Assembly (NCBI GenBank): GCA_018400295.1
Contig: JAGYMZ010000010.1
Coordinates: 4,579-68,578 of the forward strand
Source of the DNA: Bacteroidales bacterium
GTDB lineage: Bacteria > Bacteroidota > Bacteroidia > Bacteroidales > B18-G4
DNA length: 64,000 nucleotides
Reading direction: 5' to 3'
This document shows positions 10,419-21,802 of the stretch, piece after piece. Position 1 is the first letter of the stretch. The number at the start of each line of letters is the position of its first letter. The notes beneath the pieces were generated by a model. It made no database searches. It was not told the DNA's origin and saw only the letters and a list, made by a program, of their open reading frames with translations. Position numbers and translations under genes: made by a program.

Positions 10419-10826
10419 CGGGGACTGATAATACGCCTGTATTTTTCCCGCCATATGATCAACGAGGTTCTGTAAAGGCCTTTTTGCCATCATTTTCAGC
10501 ATAGCGGACATTTGCGCTTCCAGCGTGATCAATACGAAGGATTTTTCCGCATCTGCCGGTTCCAGGATCACCTTGAGATCAAAACCAAAAGGCATGGTTC
10601 CTGCAGAGGTCACAACAATACGCGAATCCATATCTTTTTCAGACATTTTCATTGCAACATCGCCCATATTCTTTATGGTAAAAGAACATTCGGATTCTGT
10701 TGCCTTCCAGTTCACCACCTGTTCAGGCATTAAATGCTCAAAATTCCTGAAATCCGAAAGGAAAACATATACCGCATGGACTTCACGGTCAACCGCAACT
10801 TTATCACTTTTAACAGATACATTCAT
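10413..10826 (-). CDS. SRPBCC (START/Bet v1-like) family protein
   Basis: The sequence VYVFLSDFRNFEHLMPEQV fits small SRPBCC proteins often found beside pyrE. I chose the start at M14 (10826), which leaves a 5-nt gap after the pyrE stop. The starts at 10844 and 10865 are also possible. Confidence 0.6.
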   Translation of the reverse strand: MNVSVKSDKVAVDREVHAVYVFLSDFRNFEHLMPEQVVNWKATESECSFTIKNMGDVAMKMSEKDMDSRIVVTSAGTMPFGFDLKVILEPADAEKSFVLITLEAQMSAMLKMMAKRPLQNLVDHMAGKIQAYYQSPS

Positions 10827-10831
10827 AAATG

Positions 10832-11473
10832 CTATTTTCCCCATTTGGAAGGATCCTCGCGCCATTGCTCCAGGTTCAGCAGGTCCTTTTCCGCAATGTA
10901 ATCCTTTTCCACGGCTTTTCGTATCAAATGATCGTAATCAGACAAGGTGATCAACGGGCATTTTTCCTTTTCAAAATTTTTCCGCGCAATTTCCAGGTTG
11001 TAGGTGAATATGGCCACCATGCCTTTTACATAGCAGCCCGCATCACGTAGTGCATTTACGGCTTTCAGACTACTTCCGCCGGTAGATACCAGATCTTCCA
11101 AAACAACCACGGACTGCCCGGATTCTACATGTCCTTCGATTTGGTTTGCCAATCCATGCGCCTTCTTCGAAGTACGAATATAAACAAATGGAAGGTCCAG
11201 ATCCTGAGCCACAAGTGCACCCTGTGCAATACCTCCGGTAGCCACGCCTGCAATTACGTCCGGATCACCGAAGTTTTCATTAATGGCCCCGGCAAATTCC
11301 TGGCGAATATATGTCCTCACCCTCGGATAAGAAAGCGTAATACGGTTATCACAGTATATGGGGGAGATAATTCCGGATGCCCAGGTGAAAGGATCAGCAA
11401 CATGCAGCTTGATTGCTTTAATTTGCAACAACAATTCAGCTGTTCGCAGCGCCGTTTCTTCGTTGTAAATCAT
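10832..11473 (-). CDS. pyrE: Orotate phosphoribosyltransferase
   Basis: The PRPP-binding loop VVVLEDLVSTGGSS is present, and the N-terminus reads FTWASGIISPIYCDNR. Confidence 0.9.
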   Translation of the reverse strand: MIYNEETALRTAELLLQIKAIKLHVADPFTWASGIISPIYCDNRITLSYPRVRTYIRQEFAGAINENFGDPDVIAGVATGGIAQGALVAQDLDLPFVYIRTSKKAHGLANQIEGHVESGQSVVVLEDLVSTGGSSLKAVNALRDAGCYVKGMVAIFTYNLEIARKNFEKEKCPLITLSDYDHLIRKAVEKDYIAEKDLLNLEQWREDPSKWGK

Positions 11474-11520
11474 CCCGGCAAATGTATAAAGTTTTTAGTA
11501 ATTTTATGCAAAATAATGAT

Positions 11521-11982
11521 ATGGATAAAATAGCAGTATTCCCGGGCTCCTTCGACCCGATCACCAAAGGGCACGAATCCATTATTAAACGGGCAATTCC
11601 TCTTTTCGACAAATTATACCTTGCCATTGGCATCAATGCGGAAAAAAAGAGCTTTTTTCCGGTCAATCAGCGCAAAAAATGGCTTGAAGAGGTTTTTAAA
11701 GAATACAGCAACATTCAGGTAACCCATTTTGAAGGATTGACGGTAAATTATTGCAAAAAAGTAAATGCCAAATATATCCTGCGGGGATTGAGGACATCGG
11801 CGGATTTTGAATTTGAAAGAAGCATAGGCCAGGTAAACAAAAAGATCTATCCCGAAATAGAAACCGTCTTCCTGCTCACCACGCCGGAGTATACCGCCGT
11901 TAATTCATCCATCGTAAGAGATATACTGAAGCACGGAGGAGATGTCAGCCAGTTTGTGCCCGGTGCGATCCGGATCCCCTGA
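11521..11982 (+). CDS. coaD: Pantetheine-phosphate adenylyltransferase
   Basis: The N-terminus MDKIAVFPGSFDPITKGH contains the HxGH-type nucleotidyltransferase motif, and the C-terminus contains SSIVRD. ATG 11521 is preferred over the upstream in-frame ATGs. Confidence 0.9.
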   Translation: MDKIAVFPGSFDPITKGHESIIKRAIPLFDKLYLAIGINAEKKSFFPVNQRKKWLEEVFKEYSNIQVTHFEGLTVNYCKKVNAKYILRGLRTSADFEFERSIGQVNKKIYPEIETVFLLTTPEYTAVNSSIVRDILKHGGDVSQFVPGAIRIP

Positions 11983-12044
11983 ACGGTATAACCCAATAAT
12001 CCTTTGTTCCTGACCGTTAATACACCAACAACACATTTTGATCT

Positions 12045-13412
12045 ATGAAATGGATATGTACCCTTATGCTTTTTTTGATCTCAATGGCTGCACAGCCGGC
12101 TGTTACCGTTCTTGAGGGTCATGTTAACACACCTGCTCCCGGCGATCATGTAGTGATATCTGGTTATAAAAATTTTATCTCAAACGAATTATATGTGCTG
12201 GGGCAGGGGAAAATAGATGAAGACGGCCATTTCAAAATTGAATTTGATATTGATGTGACAACCTACACCCAAATCGGGATCTGTTTTCAGTACAGTGAAT
12301 TTTATTTTGAGCCTGGGGCAAAATACCGTTTGCAAATCCACCCTTCCGAAAAACACACTGAAGGATTGGGGAGCATTCATGTGCAAATCATTGAGCCGGA
12401 TACATCCCTGACCAGTGAGATATGGAAGATCAACAACCACTACAACAATTATATGGTATCCAACATCAGCAATGCATACACTCGTATAAGCAAATCCAAA
12501 GCAGACCATTTAAGGAATATCCTGTTTGATGAGATCACCGCAAATGGACATCCATATCTAAAGGATTACATTGAATATAAAATAGCCTCTCTTGAACTTC
12601 TCGCCAAACGCTCCAGCAAAAAAAAACTGGCCGGGGATTACATTTGGGATAAACCCGTTTTGTACAACAACATTGAATATATGGATTTCTTTCACGCATT
12701 GTATTCCAGAATGCTTATCAGCCATCCCGCCCTGGTTTCCCCGGAAGAAGTAAACACAACAATCCGTGATAAGAAGTCATACAAAGCCCTGGCCAGCCTG
12801 ATCCAACGATCAGGGCTGACCGGTAATGCAAAAGTCACGGAACTTGCATTGCTTTGCAACCTCAAAGAACTATATTATGTGCCCTCCGCCGACCAGCATA
12901 AGATAGGCCTTTTCCTGCGTGAGCTCACTGAACAATCCCCGTATCCGGAAAACAGGGAAATTGCCGCCAGCCTGTTGAAAACACTCACCCGTTTTTCGCC
13001 GGGAAAGCCCTTGCCGGATCTGTGGATCAGGGATTCTGCAGGCAGCGATGTCAGATTATCCTCCTTGCCGGGCAAACCCGTATATTTATCCATTATCCAT
13101 CCGGAGAGGCCGGGCAGTGTGGCAGAACTTGAAATGATGAAAACAATTTATCCGGAATTAAAAAACAGGATACGGTTCATTTCCATTTCCATTGACCCCG
13201 ATATATCTTCTGCCATCAAACTCAAACAGGATAAAGATTTCAACTGGGATTTTTATTCGCTGGCCCATCCAGGTGAGATAATCAATAAATACGGCATAAA
13301 CAGGACGCCGGTCTTCATAATGGCAGATGCGGACGGAACGTTCATTTCCTATCCGGCATTTTCCCCCAGTGAGGATCTGGCAGGATATTTGAAAAGAATA
13401 CTCAAACAATAA
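12045..13412 (+). CDS. Secreted protein with a C-terminal TlpA/redoxin-like thioredoxin fold that lacks the CxxC motif
   Basis: A signal peptide is present. The last ~130 aa align by eye to TlpA-family redoxins (GKPVYLSIIHPERPGSVAE...ISISIDPD...YGINRTPVFIMADADG), but RPGS sits where the CxxC of WCGPC would be. Confidence 0.6.
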   Translation: MKWICTLMLFLISMAAQPAVTVLEGHVNTPAPGDHVVISGYKNFISNELYVLGQGKIDEDGHFKIEFDIDVTTYTQIGICFQYSEFYFEPGAKYRLQIHPSEKHTEGLGSIHVQIIEPDTSLTSEIWKINNHYNNYMVSNISNAYTRISKSKADHLRNILFDEITANGHPYLKDYIEYKIASLELLAKRSSKKKLAGDYIWDKPVLYNNIEYMDFFHALYSRMLISHPALVSPEEVNTTIRDKKSYKALASLIQRSGLTGNAKVTELALLCNLKELYYVPSADQHKIGLFLRELTEQSPYPENREIAASLLKTLTRFSPGKPLPDLWIRDSAGSDVRLSSLPGKPVYLSIIHPERPGSVAELEMMKTIYPELKNRIRFISISIDPDISSAIKLKQDKDFNWDFYSLAHPGEIINKYGINRTPVFIMADADGTFISYPAFSPSEDLAGYLKRILKQ

Positions 13413-13479
13413 TAGATAATCCGGTATTTTTCAATTAATTTTGCCATTGATATTGCGCAAAAAATCTTCACAACAATAT

Positions 13480-16400
13480 ATGAGTTTCTTACAGAATTTT
13501 ATTGGCACCAAATCCACACGGGACCTCAGGAACCTGAAACCATACCTCCAGAAGATTCATCACGAATCCGAAAGCATTCAGGATCTGGATAATGATGCGC
13601 TCAGGGCCAAAACCATGGAATTCAAAAAGAGGATCCATGAGCACATCGAAGCACAGGAAAAGGAGATCAGCAACCTAAAAGAAAAAATCGAAGCAGAAGA
13701 AGACATCCAGCAACGGGAAGCGATGTGGGAAGAAATTGACAAACTGGAAAAAGTCAGGGACGAACAAACCGAGGAGGCACTGAACATGATCCTTCCGGAA
13801 GCCTTTGCTGTAATGAAAGAAACCGCACGCAGGTTTAAAGAAAATGGAGAGATCATCGTAACGGCCACCGAATTCGACAAAACGCTGGCATCACAAAAAG
13901 ACAATGTTGAGATCAAGGGAGAAAAAGCACATTATAAAAACAGCTGGATGGCTGGCGGGAGCAAGATCACCTGGGACATGGTCCATTATGATGTGCAGCT
14001 GATCGGAGGGGTTGTCCTGCACCAGGGTAAAATTGCCGAAATGGCTACCGGAGAAGGTAAAACCCTGGTGGCTACCTTGCCTGTTTACCTCAACGCCCTT
14101 CCAGGCCAAGGAGTGCATATCGTCACGGTGAATAATTACCTTGCATTGAGAGACTCGGAATGGATGGGAATGCTCTATGAATTTCACGGGCTTAAAGTGG
14201 ATTGCATCGACAACCATGAACCGAACTCCCCGGCCAGAAAAGAAGCATATCGTGCCGACATCACTTTCGGTACGAACAACGAATTCGGGTTTGATTACTT
14301 GCGCGACAACATGACAGGCAATCCCAGCGAACTCGTGCAACGGAAACATAATTATACGATCGTCGATGAGGTCGACTCCGTGCTCATTGACGATGCCCGA
14401 ACCCCCCTCATCATATCCGGACCCACCCCTAAAGGCGAAAGTCATGATTTCCATGAACTGAAACCCGTGGTTCAAAAACTATATACTGCCCAGCGCAACC
14501 TGATCAACAAGTTCATTGCAGAGGCCAAAAAACTGCTTTCCGGTGACCCCAGCACCGAACAGGAAAAAGAGGGTGGAAAATTATTGTTGCGGGCTCACCG
14601 CGGACTTCCCAAGCACAATGCCCTGATCAAATACCTTAGTGAACCCGGGAACCGCACCCTGGTGCAGAAAACGGAAAATTTCTACATGCAGGAACAGTCC
14701 AAAAACATGCATATTATCGATGATGAACTCTACTTTGTGATCGATGAAAAAAGCAACTCGATCGAGCTGACCGATAAAGGGATCGATCTGATGACTGAAT
14801 CCTACCAGGATCCGGATTTTTACCTCCTGCCGGATATAGGCTCCGAGATCGCTGAGATCGAAAAATCCGACCTGAGTGAAGGAGAGATCATTGAGAAAAA
14901 AAATGAATTGTTGAGGGACTTTTCTGTTAAATCCGACAGGGTACATACCATAAATCAGCTCCTTAAGGCATATGCCATGTTCGAAAAGGATGTGGAATAC
15001 GTCATCATGGAGAACAAGATCAAGATCGTGGACGAACAGACCGGAAGGATCATGGAAGGCCGGAGGTATTCCGACGGTTTGCACCAGGCCATTGAAGCCA
15101 AAGAGGATGTAAAAGTCGAGGCCTCAACCCAAACATACGCCACCATCACCTTGCAGAACTTTTTCAGGATGTACAATAAGCTGGCCGGCATGACGGGTAC
15201 TGCTGAAACAGAAGCCGGCGAATTCTGGGACATATATAAACTGGACGTGGTGGTCATCCCAACCAATAAGCCGATCATCCGCGACGACAGGCAGGACCTT
15301 GTTTATAAAACCAAAAGAGAGAAATTCAGTGCGGTTATTGATGAGATCGAAGAACTGATCAATAACCAAAGGCCCGTACTGGTGGGTACAACATCCGTTG
15401 AAACATCGGAACTGCTCAGCCGGATGCTTGCCAGAAAACACATTAAGCATAATGTCCTTAACGCCAAGCTCCATCAAAAAGAAGCAGACATTGTCGCCGA
15501 AGCGGGACAACCCCGGTCGGTCACCATTGCCACAAATATGGCAGGCCGGGGTACCGATATCAAACTTGGTACCGGGGTGCGTGAAGCGGGAGGACTGGCC
15601 ATTATTGGCACGGAAAGGCATGAATCCAGAAGGGTGGACCGGCAGTTGCGCGGACGGGCCGGAAGACAAGGAGATCCCGGAAGCTCTCAATTTTTCGTAT
15701 CCCTGGAAGATGACCTGATGAGGATGTTCGGCTCGGAACGAATATCCAAGATAATGGACAGACTGGGCCTGAAGGAAGGGGAGGTGATACAGCATTCCAT
15801 GATCACAAAATCCATTGAAAGGGCTCAGAAAAAAGTGGAAGAAAATAATTTCGGCATACGGAAAAGACTGCTGGAGTATGATGATGTGATGAATGCCCAG
15901 CGCGAAGTGATCTATCTTAAACGGAAACATGCCCTGCACGGAGAAAGGCTGGAGGTGGATATCCGGAATATGATGTTCGATGTGATCGAACAACTTACAA
16001 TAGAACATCAGGCCTCAAGGGATTATGAAGGATTCAAAATCGAGCTGATGCGTAACATGGCTGCCGAACCCCATTACGATGAAAAAGCGTTCTTTTCTGT
16101 AAACCCGGAAGAAATAACCCAGACCATCTTCGACAATGTATATGAAAGCTATAGTGAAAAATGCAAGGTCATTGCCGAAAAGGCTTATCCGGTTGTCAAA
16201 CAGGTGTATGAAACACATACACAATATCAAAACATCGCCATTCCCATTACCGATGGTATAAAGACCATCAATGTGGTGGCAAATTTGAAGGATGCATACG
16301 AAAAAGGAGGGAAAGAGATAAATCTGTCCATTGAAAAATCCATCACCCTTGCCATTATTGATGAAGCATGGAAAGATCACCTGAGAGAAATGGATGACCT

Positions 16401-16809
16401 GAAACAATCGGTCCAGACTGCCACGTACGAACAAAAAGATCCATTGCTCATTTATAAATTCGAGTCCTTCGAATTGTTCAAATCCATGATCCTGAAGATC
16501 AATAAAGACATATCCTCTTTCCTGATCAAAGGCAACCTTCCTCTGCAAGATGCCGAAAATGTCAGGGAAGCCCAATTACCGAAAGGCCTCGATCAACGGC
16601 AGGTGAAAGAAGAAAGAAAAGACCTGCTGTCGCAGTCGCACAGCGACACACAAGAACCAAGGAAACCACAGCCCATCAAACGTGATCAACGAAAGATCGG
16701 AAGAAACGAAAAAGTAAAGGTGCAGTACAATGACGGAAGGATCCTTGAAAAGAAATATAAGCTCGTTGAACCCGACATTCAACGCGGTGCTTGCCAATTG
16801 GTAACATGA
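13480..16809 (+). CDS. secA: Preprotein translocase ATPase SecA
   Basis: The motifs [29 protein letters not shown] and [13 protein letters not shown] are present. ATG 13480 (MSFLQNFIG) is preferred over the TTG at 13441. Confidence 0.97.
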   Translation: MSFLQNFIGTKSTRDLRNLKPYLQKIHHESESIQDLDNDALRAKTMEFKKRIHEHIEAQEKEISNLKEKIEAEEDIQQREAMWEEIDKLEKVRDEQTEEALNMILPEAFAVMKETARRFKENGEIIVTATEFDKTLASQKDNVEIKGEKAHYKNSWMAGGSKITWDMVHYDVQLIGGVVLHQGKIAEMATGEGKTLVATLPVYLNALPGQGVHIVTVNNYLALRDSEWMGMLYEFHGLKVDCIDNHEPNSPARKEAYRADITFGTNNEFGFDYLRDNMTGNPSELVQRKHNYTIVDEVDSVLIDDARTPLIISGPTPKGESHDFHELKPVVQKLYTAQRNLINKFIAEAKKLLSGDPSTEQEKEGGKLLLRAHRGLPKHNALIKYLSEPGNRTLVQKTENFYMQEQSKNMHIIDDELYFVIDEKSNSIELTDKGIDLMTESYQDPDFYLLPDIGSEIAEIEKSDLSEGEIIEKKNELLRDFSVKSDRVHTINQLLKAYAMFEKDVEYVIMENKIKIVDEQTGRIMEGRRYSDGLHQAIEAKEDVKVEASTQTYATITLQNFFRMYNKLAGMTGTAETEAGEFWDIYKLDVVVIPTNKPIIRDDRQDLVYKTKREKFSAVIDEIEELINNQRPVLVGTTSVETSELLSRMLARKHIKHNVLNAKLHQKEADIVAEAGQPRSVTIATNMAGRGTDIKLGTGVREAGGLAIIGTERHESRRVDRQLRGRAGRQGDPGSSQFFVSLEDDLMRMFGSERISKIMDRLGLKEGEVIQHSMITKSIERAQKKVEENNFGIRKRLLEYDDVMNAQREVIYLKRKHALHGERLEVDIRNMMFDVIEQLTIEHQASRDYEGFKIELMRNMAAEPHYDEKAFFSVNPEEITQTIFDNVYESYSEKCKVIAEKAYPVVKQVYETHTQYQNIAIPITDGIKTINVVANLKDAYEKGGKEINLSIEKSITLAIIDEAWKDHLREMDDLKQSVQTATYEQKDPLLIYKFESFELFKSMILKINKDISSFLIKGNLPLQDAENVREAQLPKGLDQRQVKEERKDLLSQSHSDTQEPRKPQPIKRDQRKIGRNEKVKVQYNDGRILEKKYKLVEPDIQRGACQLVT

Positions 16810-16850
16810 TCGCTCACACAACACACAACCCTGACAAAACTTGAACCGCT

Positions 16851-18830
16851 ATGAAAAAACATCTTACACTCATCGTTGCTTCCATTTTGTTTTCAATGCT
16901 GGCACATGGTCAACTCGGCTACAGCCCGGTAATCGATTCCCTGGTGGATCTGATCACAGAACAATCCATCAGTGACCTTGAACTGAAACTCACCGGAGAA
17001 ACCTCCGTTGTGGTCAATGGAGTGGAAGAAACCATTACCAGCCGCTATGCCAACGCACCCACAAACCCGTTGGCGGCCGAATGGATCTATGAACAGTTGG
17101 AAGCACTGGGATATGAAGTGGAATACCAGTATTTCGGTTCCAAAGGGGAGAATGTCATTGCCACCCGCACAGGTACGGTTTATCCGGACCAGCAATATAT
17201 TATCTGTGCACATTATGACAATATGCCCCCACAGAATTTTGCCCCGGGCGCCGATGACAATGCTTCAGGGGTTGTCGGGGTGCTCGAGACCGCCCGCATC
17301 CTTAAAGATATATACCCATCGTATACATTGAAGTTTATTGCATTCGATGAGGAAGAACTCGGACTGATCGGTAGCTGGGCCTATGCCGATGAAGCATCAA
17401 ACAATGCCGATGATATTCTTGGCGTGCTGAACATGGATATGCTCGCCTACGATTCCAACGGCGACAATATGATGTCCATATCCGTAAACAGCAGTTCCAT
17501 GCCTTTCGCAGATTATTTTACCAGTGCCATGCATATTTATCATCCTGAAATGTCGTATAATTATATCTCCACAACGGCCAGCGACCATTATCCATTCTGG
17601 GCCAACGGATATCAGGCTATTTTGGTTATTGAGGACTGGAATGATTTTCATCCATATTATCATACGGTACAGGATAATTTTGATAATTTAAACATCCCCT
17701 ACTTTCATAATATGGCGCAAACCTGTGCGGCAACGTTTTCATCCCTCGCACTGGATTATATCATGGAGCTGGACCACGATCCGTTGCAGCCGGGAAGCAT
17801 TACAAGCAGCAGGATTGCTGAACTCGTTATACAATCCAACCACCCCGTTGCCACAGGAGAAAATGCCCCCAGATTGTATTATAAAGTAGGCACCGGCGAT
17901 TTTGAATACCTTCATGCATATGAACAGCATGCCGACACCTTTCGTTTTCTTATTCCGGGACAAGCGATCGGCTCCACCGTATATTATTATTTTGCCGCCC
18001 AGGATGAAAACGGGGACCTGATATCCACGCTTCCTTCCGGGGGACTTGGGATCAACCCACCGGGAACCAGCAACCCGGAGGAGCTTTTCGAATATTTCGT
18101 GGGCGATATATCGGTTGAAGAATTTTGCACGACCACTGCTCCCAAAGAGATCCGTGACCTGCAGAACATATACGATACCATCCCGGTCAACCACGAGGGG
18201 ATCGTCGTAGACATGAATGTACGGCTGGCCATCAGCCACCCGGCAGTCGGAGAACTTGATATCTACCTGATCGGTCCGGATGGCACCGAAATAGAATTAA
18301 GTACAGGGAATGGCGGAAATGGAAGCAATTTTATCAATACGGTATTTGATGACGATGCGGAAACTTCCATTACGAATGGCACGCCACCATACAATGGCAC
18401 TTTCAAACCCGAGGAACCCCTTCATACCATGGCCGGCCTGCCCCTGGATGGCAACTGGATACTCAGGATCTACGATGCTGCACCGGGTAATGAAGGACTC
18501 CTGGCAAACTGGTGCATGGAAACAGAATATTTCATTGATCCCGTGTCGGTTGCATCCGTTGAACCGCATGATTTTTCACTCTTTCAGAACTTTCCCAACC
18601 CATTCCATTCCCGGACAACCATTGGATTTGAACTCAGCACGCCCGGGAAGGTCAATATGAATGTTTTTGACATCACCGGAAAAAAGGTCATGGAAATTAC
18701 CAGCAAATCCTATGCTGCCGGAACCCATCAAATTGATGTCAATGCCGGTTCTTTGCCGGCTGGCCGGTACTTTTACCGCATGATAACCGATCAGAATGTC
18801 GTGGTGAAATCCATGACCATTATCAGATAG
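16851..18830 (+). CDS. Secreted M28-family aminopeptidase with a proprotein-convertase P-domain and a T9SS type A C-terminal sorting domain
   Basis: A signal peptide is present. The M28 metal-ligand blocks are CAHYDN, GADDNASG, AFDEEELGL and SDHYPF. The P-domain block reads GELDIYLIGPDGTEIEL...GNWILRIYD. The Por-type tail reads FQNFPNPFHSRTTIGFEL... Confidence 0.85.
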   Translation: MKKHLTLIVASILFSMLAHGQLGYSPVIDSLVDLITEQSISDLELKLTGETSVVVNGVEETITSRYANAPTNPLAAEWIYEQLEALGYEVEYQYFGSKGENVIATRTGTVYPDQQYIICAHYDNMPPQNFAPGADDNASGVVGVLETARILKDIYPSYTLKFIAFDEEELGLIGSWAYADEASNNADDILGVLNMDMLAYDSNGDNMMSISVNSSSMPFADYFTSAMHIYHPEMSYNYISTTASDHYPFWANGYQAILVIEDWNDFHPYYHTVQDNFDNLNIPYFHNMAQTCAATFSSLALDYIMELDHDPLQPGSITSSRIAELVIQSNHPVATGENAPRLYYKVGTGDFEYLHAYEQHADTFRFLIPGQAIGSTVYYYFAAQDENGDLISTLPSGGLGINPPGTSNPEELFEYFVGDISVEEFCTTTAPKEIRDLQNIYDTIPVNHEGIVVDMNVRLAISHPAVGELDIYLIGPDGTEIELSTGNGGNGSNFINTVFDDDAETSITNGTPPYNGTFKPEEPLHTMAGLPLDGNWILRIYDAAPGNEGLLANWCMETEYFIDPVSVASVEPHDFSLFQNFPNPFHSRTTIGFELSTPGKVNMNVFDITGKKVMEITSKSYAAGTHQIDVNAGSLPAGRYFYRMITDQNVVVKSMTIIR

Positions 18831-18903
18831 TAATCGTTCCGGGAAAATGCAAAGCCCTTATTTAAAATGTGTTTTTGCTTTTCCCGGGTAATAAAAGCAA
18901 GGC

Positions 18904-19608
18904 ATGAAACTGAATCGAATCCTTCTAAAGTTGAGCGGTGAATCGCTTGCAGGCCGTGATGGATATGGTATTGACCCTGTCCGCCTGGAGCATTACGCCA
19001 GGGAAATAAAAGAGGCAAACAGCACAGGTGTACAAATGGGTATCGTGATGGGTGGCGGTAATATATACAGGGGACTTCAGGGTGCCGGTTCAGGCATCAA
19101 CCGGGTACAGGGAGATTACATGGGCATGTTGGCTACCCTTATCAACAGCATGGCCATGCAATCATCACTGGAAAATCTTGGGATCCGGACCGAAATTTTG
19201 TCCGGGTTGCCGGTAGATCCTGTAGCCGGTTCCATGAGCAGCCGTAGAGCTATAGAATGCCTTGAAGACAAAAAGTTGGTAATTATGGCCGGAGGTACCG
19301 GCCGTCCGTTTTTTACAACCGACACGACCGCCGCCCTCAGGGCCCTTGAGATCAATGCAGATGCCCTGCTTAAAGGTACACGTGTGGATGGCATTTACAC
19401 ATCCGATCCGGAAAAAGATAAGGAAGCCACAAAATTTGATACACTTTCGTTTGACGAAGCCATTGACCGCAACCTAAAGATCATGGATGGCACGGCATTC
19501 ACCCTCTGCCGGGAAAACAACCTCCCGGTTATTGTTTTTGACATGAACACAAAAGGAAATCTGCTGAACATCATCAAAGGCAAATCCGTCGGTACAATGG
19601 TCCGTTAA
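18904..19608 (+). CDS. pyrH: UMP kinase
   Basis: The sequence ILLKLSGESLAG...GGGNIYRG...GTGRPFFTTDTTAALRA matches UMP kinase. Confidence 0.95.
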   Translation: MKLNRILLKLSGESLAGRDGYGIDPVRLEHYAREIKEANSTGVQMGIVMGGGNIYRGLQGAGSGINRVQGDYMGMLATLINSMAMQSSLENLGIRTEILSGLPVDPVAGSMSSRRAIECLEDKKLVIMAGGTGRPFFTTDTTAALRALEINADALLKGTRVDGIYTSDPEKDKEATKFDTLSFDEAIDRNLKIMDGTAFTLCRENNLPVIVFDMNTKGNLLNIIKGKSVGTMVR

Positions 19609-19621
19609 GTCCATCGATGCC

Positions 19622-21169
19622 TCAAAAATCATAATGCAGGCTAACTCCCGGCCCCAGGGGAAGGTCCAGCAATACCCAACCCGCCAGCAACAACACCCAC
19701 ACAATGAAAAAAGCAACGGAATACGGCAGCATTGTTGCGATAACCGTTCCAATCCCCGAATTTTTCTCGTACTTCTGGAAAAACGCAATGATCAGGGCAT
19801 AAAAACTCATCATGGGAGATATGACATTGGTTATGCTGTCGCCTATCCTGTAAACAACCTGCGATAATTCCGGAGAATAACCCAGGAACATGAATATGGG
19901 AATAAAGACCGGTGCCATTATGGCCCATTTTGCCGAGGCCGAACCCATGATCATATTAATGGACGCAGCAAAAATAATAAACAATATCATCAAAGGAATG
20001 AGTCCCAGCCCCGAAGCAGCCAGGGCATCAGCTCCCAAAATGGCAAAAATGATCCCCAGGTTGGACCACTTGAAATAAGCCACGAACTGAGCAGCAAAAA
20101 ATACCAGGACAATGTACATGGTCAGAGACTTCAGGGTTTCGCTCATCCCTTTCATAACATCGGCATCAGACCTGTATTTACGGGTAACGATCCCATAGAC
20201 CAGGCCTGCCGTGCCCGCAAAGAGGAAAAGGACCGCCACAACCCCTTCGATGAGGGGAGAAGACAAAATCCCACCATCCGGGCCCCGGAAAAAACCACTG
20301 GAAGGAATGATGCCCCAGAGGATAATGAGGATCATGAACAAGACCGCCAATCCGGAATACATAAGCCCCCTTTTTTCAAGAGGAGACAATTTCTCAACCC
20401 CCTCTTCAGCTTCCGGTCCATGGTATTCCCCAAACCGTGGGGCTACGATCCGTTCTGTCACCCAGGTCCCGGTAAAAGCAATAAAAAATGTTGAAACGAC
20501 CATAAAATAGTAATTTGCCGTTGGGTTGACGGTATATTCCGGATCAACGATCCGGGCAGCTTCCTGCGAAAGCCCGGCCAGCAGGGGATCTATGGTACCA
20601 AGGATCAGATTGGCACTAAACCCACCGGATACCCCGGCAAAAGCCGCAGCCATACCAACCAGCGGATGCCGGTTAAATGCAATAAAGATAACTCCGGCCA
20701 GTGGTATCAACAAAACATAGCCTACATCACTGGCAAAATTGGATAAAATACCGGCAAAAACCACGACGAACGTCAAGATCCTCCCGGGAGCATTCAATAC
20801 TAGCAAACGGATCAGCGCCCCGATCAATCCACTGCTCTCTGCAATGCCTATTCCAAGCATAGCCACCAATACGATTCCAAGGGGTGCAAAATCCGTAAAA
20901 TTGGTGACCATCTCTTCCAGTATACGGCGAATGCCCTCAACGGTCAGCAGGTTGACGGGTTTGACCAGTTCTTCCGTTGCCGGATTAACCGCCTCAACAC
21001 CAAATATGTGCATGATCCAGGAAAGCACAAGGGCCGATAATGCAAAAATGGCAAAGAGGGTTGCGGGATGAGGCAAAGCATTGCCAAACCATTCAATAGA
21101 ATTCAGGAGCTTCCCAATTATGCCATTCGAGCTTTTATGTTTCATAGATACATATATACTTTTTTGCAA
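19622..21169 (-). CDS. AbgT-family transporter (p-aminobenzoyl-glutamate/antimetabolite exporter type)
   Basis: A 515-aa polytopic protein whose N-terminus LNSIEWFGNALPHPATLFAIFA is typical of AbgT. The start could instead be M9 at 21145. Confidence 0.85.
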   Translation of the reverse strand: MQKSIYVSMKHKSSNGIIGKLLNSIEWFGNALPHPATLFAIFALSALVLSWIMHIFGVEAVNPATEELVKPVNLLTVEGIRRILEEMVTNFTDFAPLGIVLVAMLGIGIAESSGLIGALIRLLVLNAPGRILTFVVVFAGILSNFASDVGYVLLIPLAGVIFIAFNRHPLVGMAAAFAGVSGGFSANLILGTIDPLLAGLSQEAARIVDPEYTVNPTANYYFMVVSTFFIAFTGTWVTERIVAPRFGEYHGPEAEEGVEKLSPLEKRGLMYSGLAVLFMILIILWGIIPSSGFFRGPDGGILSSPLIEGVVAVLFLFAGTAGLVYGIVTRKYRSDADVMKGMSETLKSLTMYIVLVFFAAQFVAYFKWSNLGIIFAILGADALAASGLGLIPLMILFIIFAASINMIMGSASAKWAIMAPVFIPIFMFLGYSPELSQVVYRIGDSITNVISPMMSFYALIIAFFQKYEKNSGIGTVIATMLPYSVAFFIVWVLLLAGWVLLDLPLGPGVSLHYDF

Positions 21170-21236
21170 ATATAGAGTTTAAATCAAATAAGCAAAATAA
21201 ATGTTATATTTGTATCTATATAAAAATTCGAACACG

Positions 21237-21800
21237 ATGAATGAAGAAGTAACCATGGTTTTGGAGGAAGCAAATGAAAGCATGAGCAATGCCATCTCCT
21301 ATCTGGAGAAAGAGTTTCATAAGATCCATGCCGGCAAGGCAAATCCTTCCATGCTTGAAGGTATCAAAATTGATTATTACGGTACACAGACGCCCATTGA
21401 GCAAACAGCCAATATCAATACACCGGATCCCAGGCAGATCATTGTCCAGCCCTGGGACAAAAGCGTGATACCGGAAATTGAAAAAGCCATACTGGCAGCC
21501 AACCTGGGTTTCAACCCGAAGAAAGAAGGTGAAATATTACGGATCATCGTTCCCCCGCTTACAGAAGAAAGGCGGAAAGACCTGGTCAAACAGGCAAGAA
21601 ACGAAGCGGAGCAAACCAGGATCAGCATACGGAACTCCAGAAGAAGTGCCAACGACCTGGCCAAAGACCTTGAAAAGGAAGGGTTGCCGGAAGATGAATC
21701 CAAAAAGCTTCAGGATAAGATACAGGAAAAGACCGATGAATATATAAAGCAAGTGGATGAACTTTTGGAGAAAAAAGAAAAAGACATCATGACCGTCTGA
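21237..21800 (+). CDS. frr: Ribosome recycling factor
   Basis: The sequence KIHAGKANPSMLEGIKIDYYG...PPLTEERRKDLVK matches RRF. ATG 21237 is preferred. A TATATTTG -7 box lies at 21204-21211. Confidence 0.95.
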   Translation: MNEEVTMVLEEANESMSNAISYLEKEFHKIHAGKANPSMLEGIKIDYYGTQTPIEQTANINTPDPRQIIVQPWDKSVIPEIEKAILAANLGFNPKKEGEILRIIVPPLTEERRKDLVKQARNEAEQTRISIRNSRRSANDLAKDLEKEGLPEDESKKLQDKIQEKTDEYIKQVDELLEKKEKDIMTV

Positions 21801-21802
21801 TG

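Noticed and set aside
18839-18887. A long hairpin (CCGGGAAAA ... TTTTCCCGG) after the M28 peptidase gene.
   Set aside because: The stem encloses a 31-nt loop and is not followed by a T-tract. It is too weak to call as a terminator or regulatory element.
18904-21800. pyrH and frr, usually adjacent, are separated here by an opposite-strand abgT transporter gene.
   Set aside because: This is a simple local rearrangement or insertion with no repeats or mobile-element scars flanking it. It is of synteny interest only.
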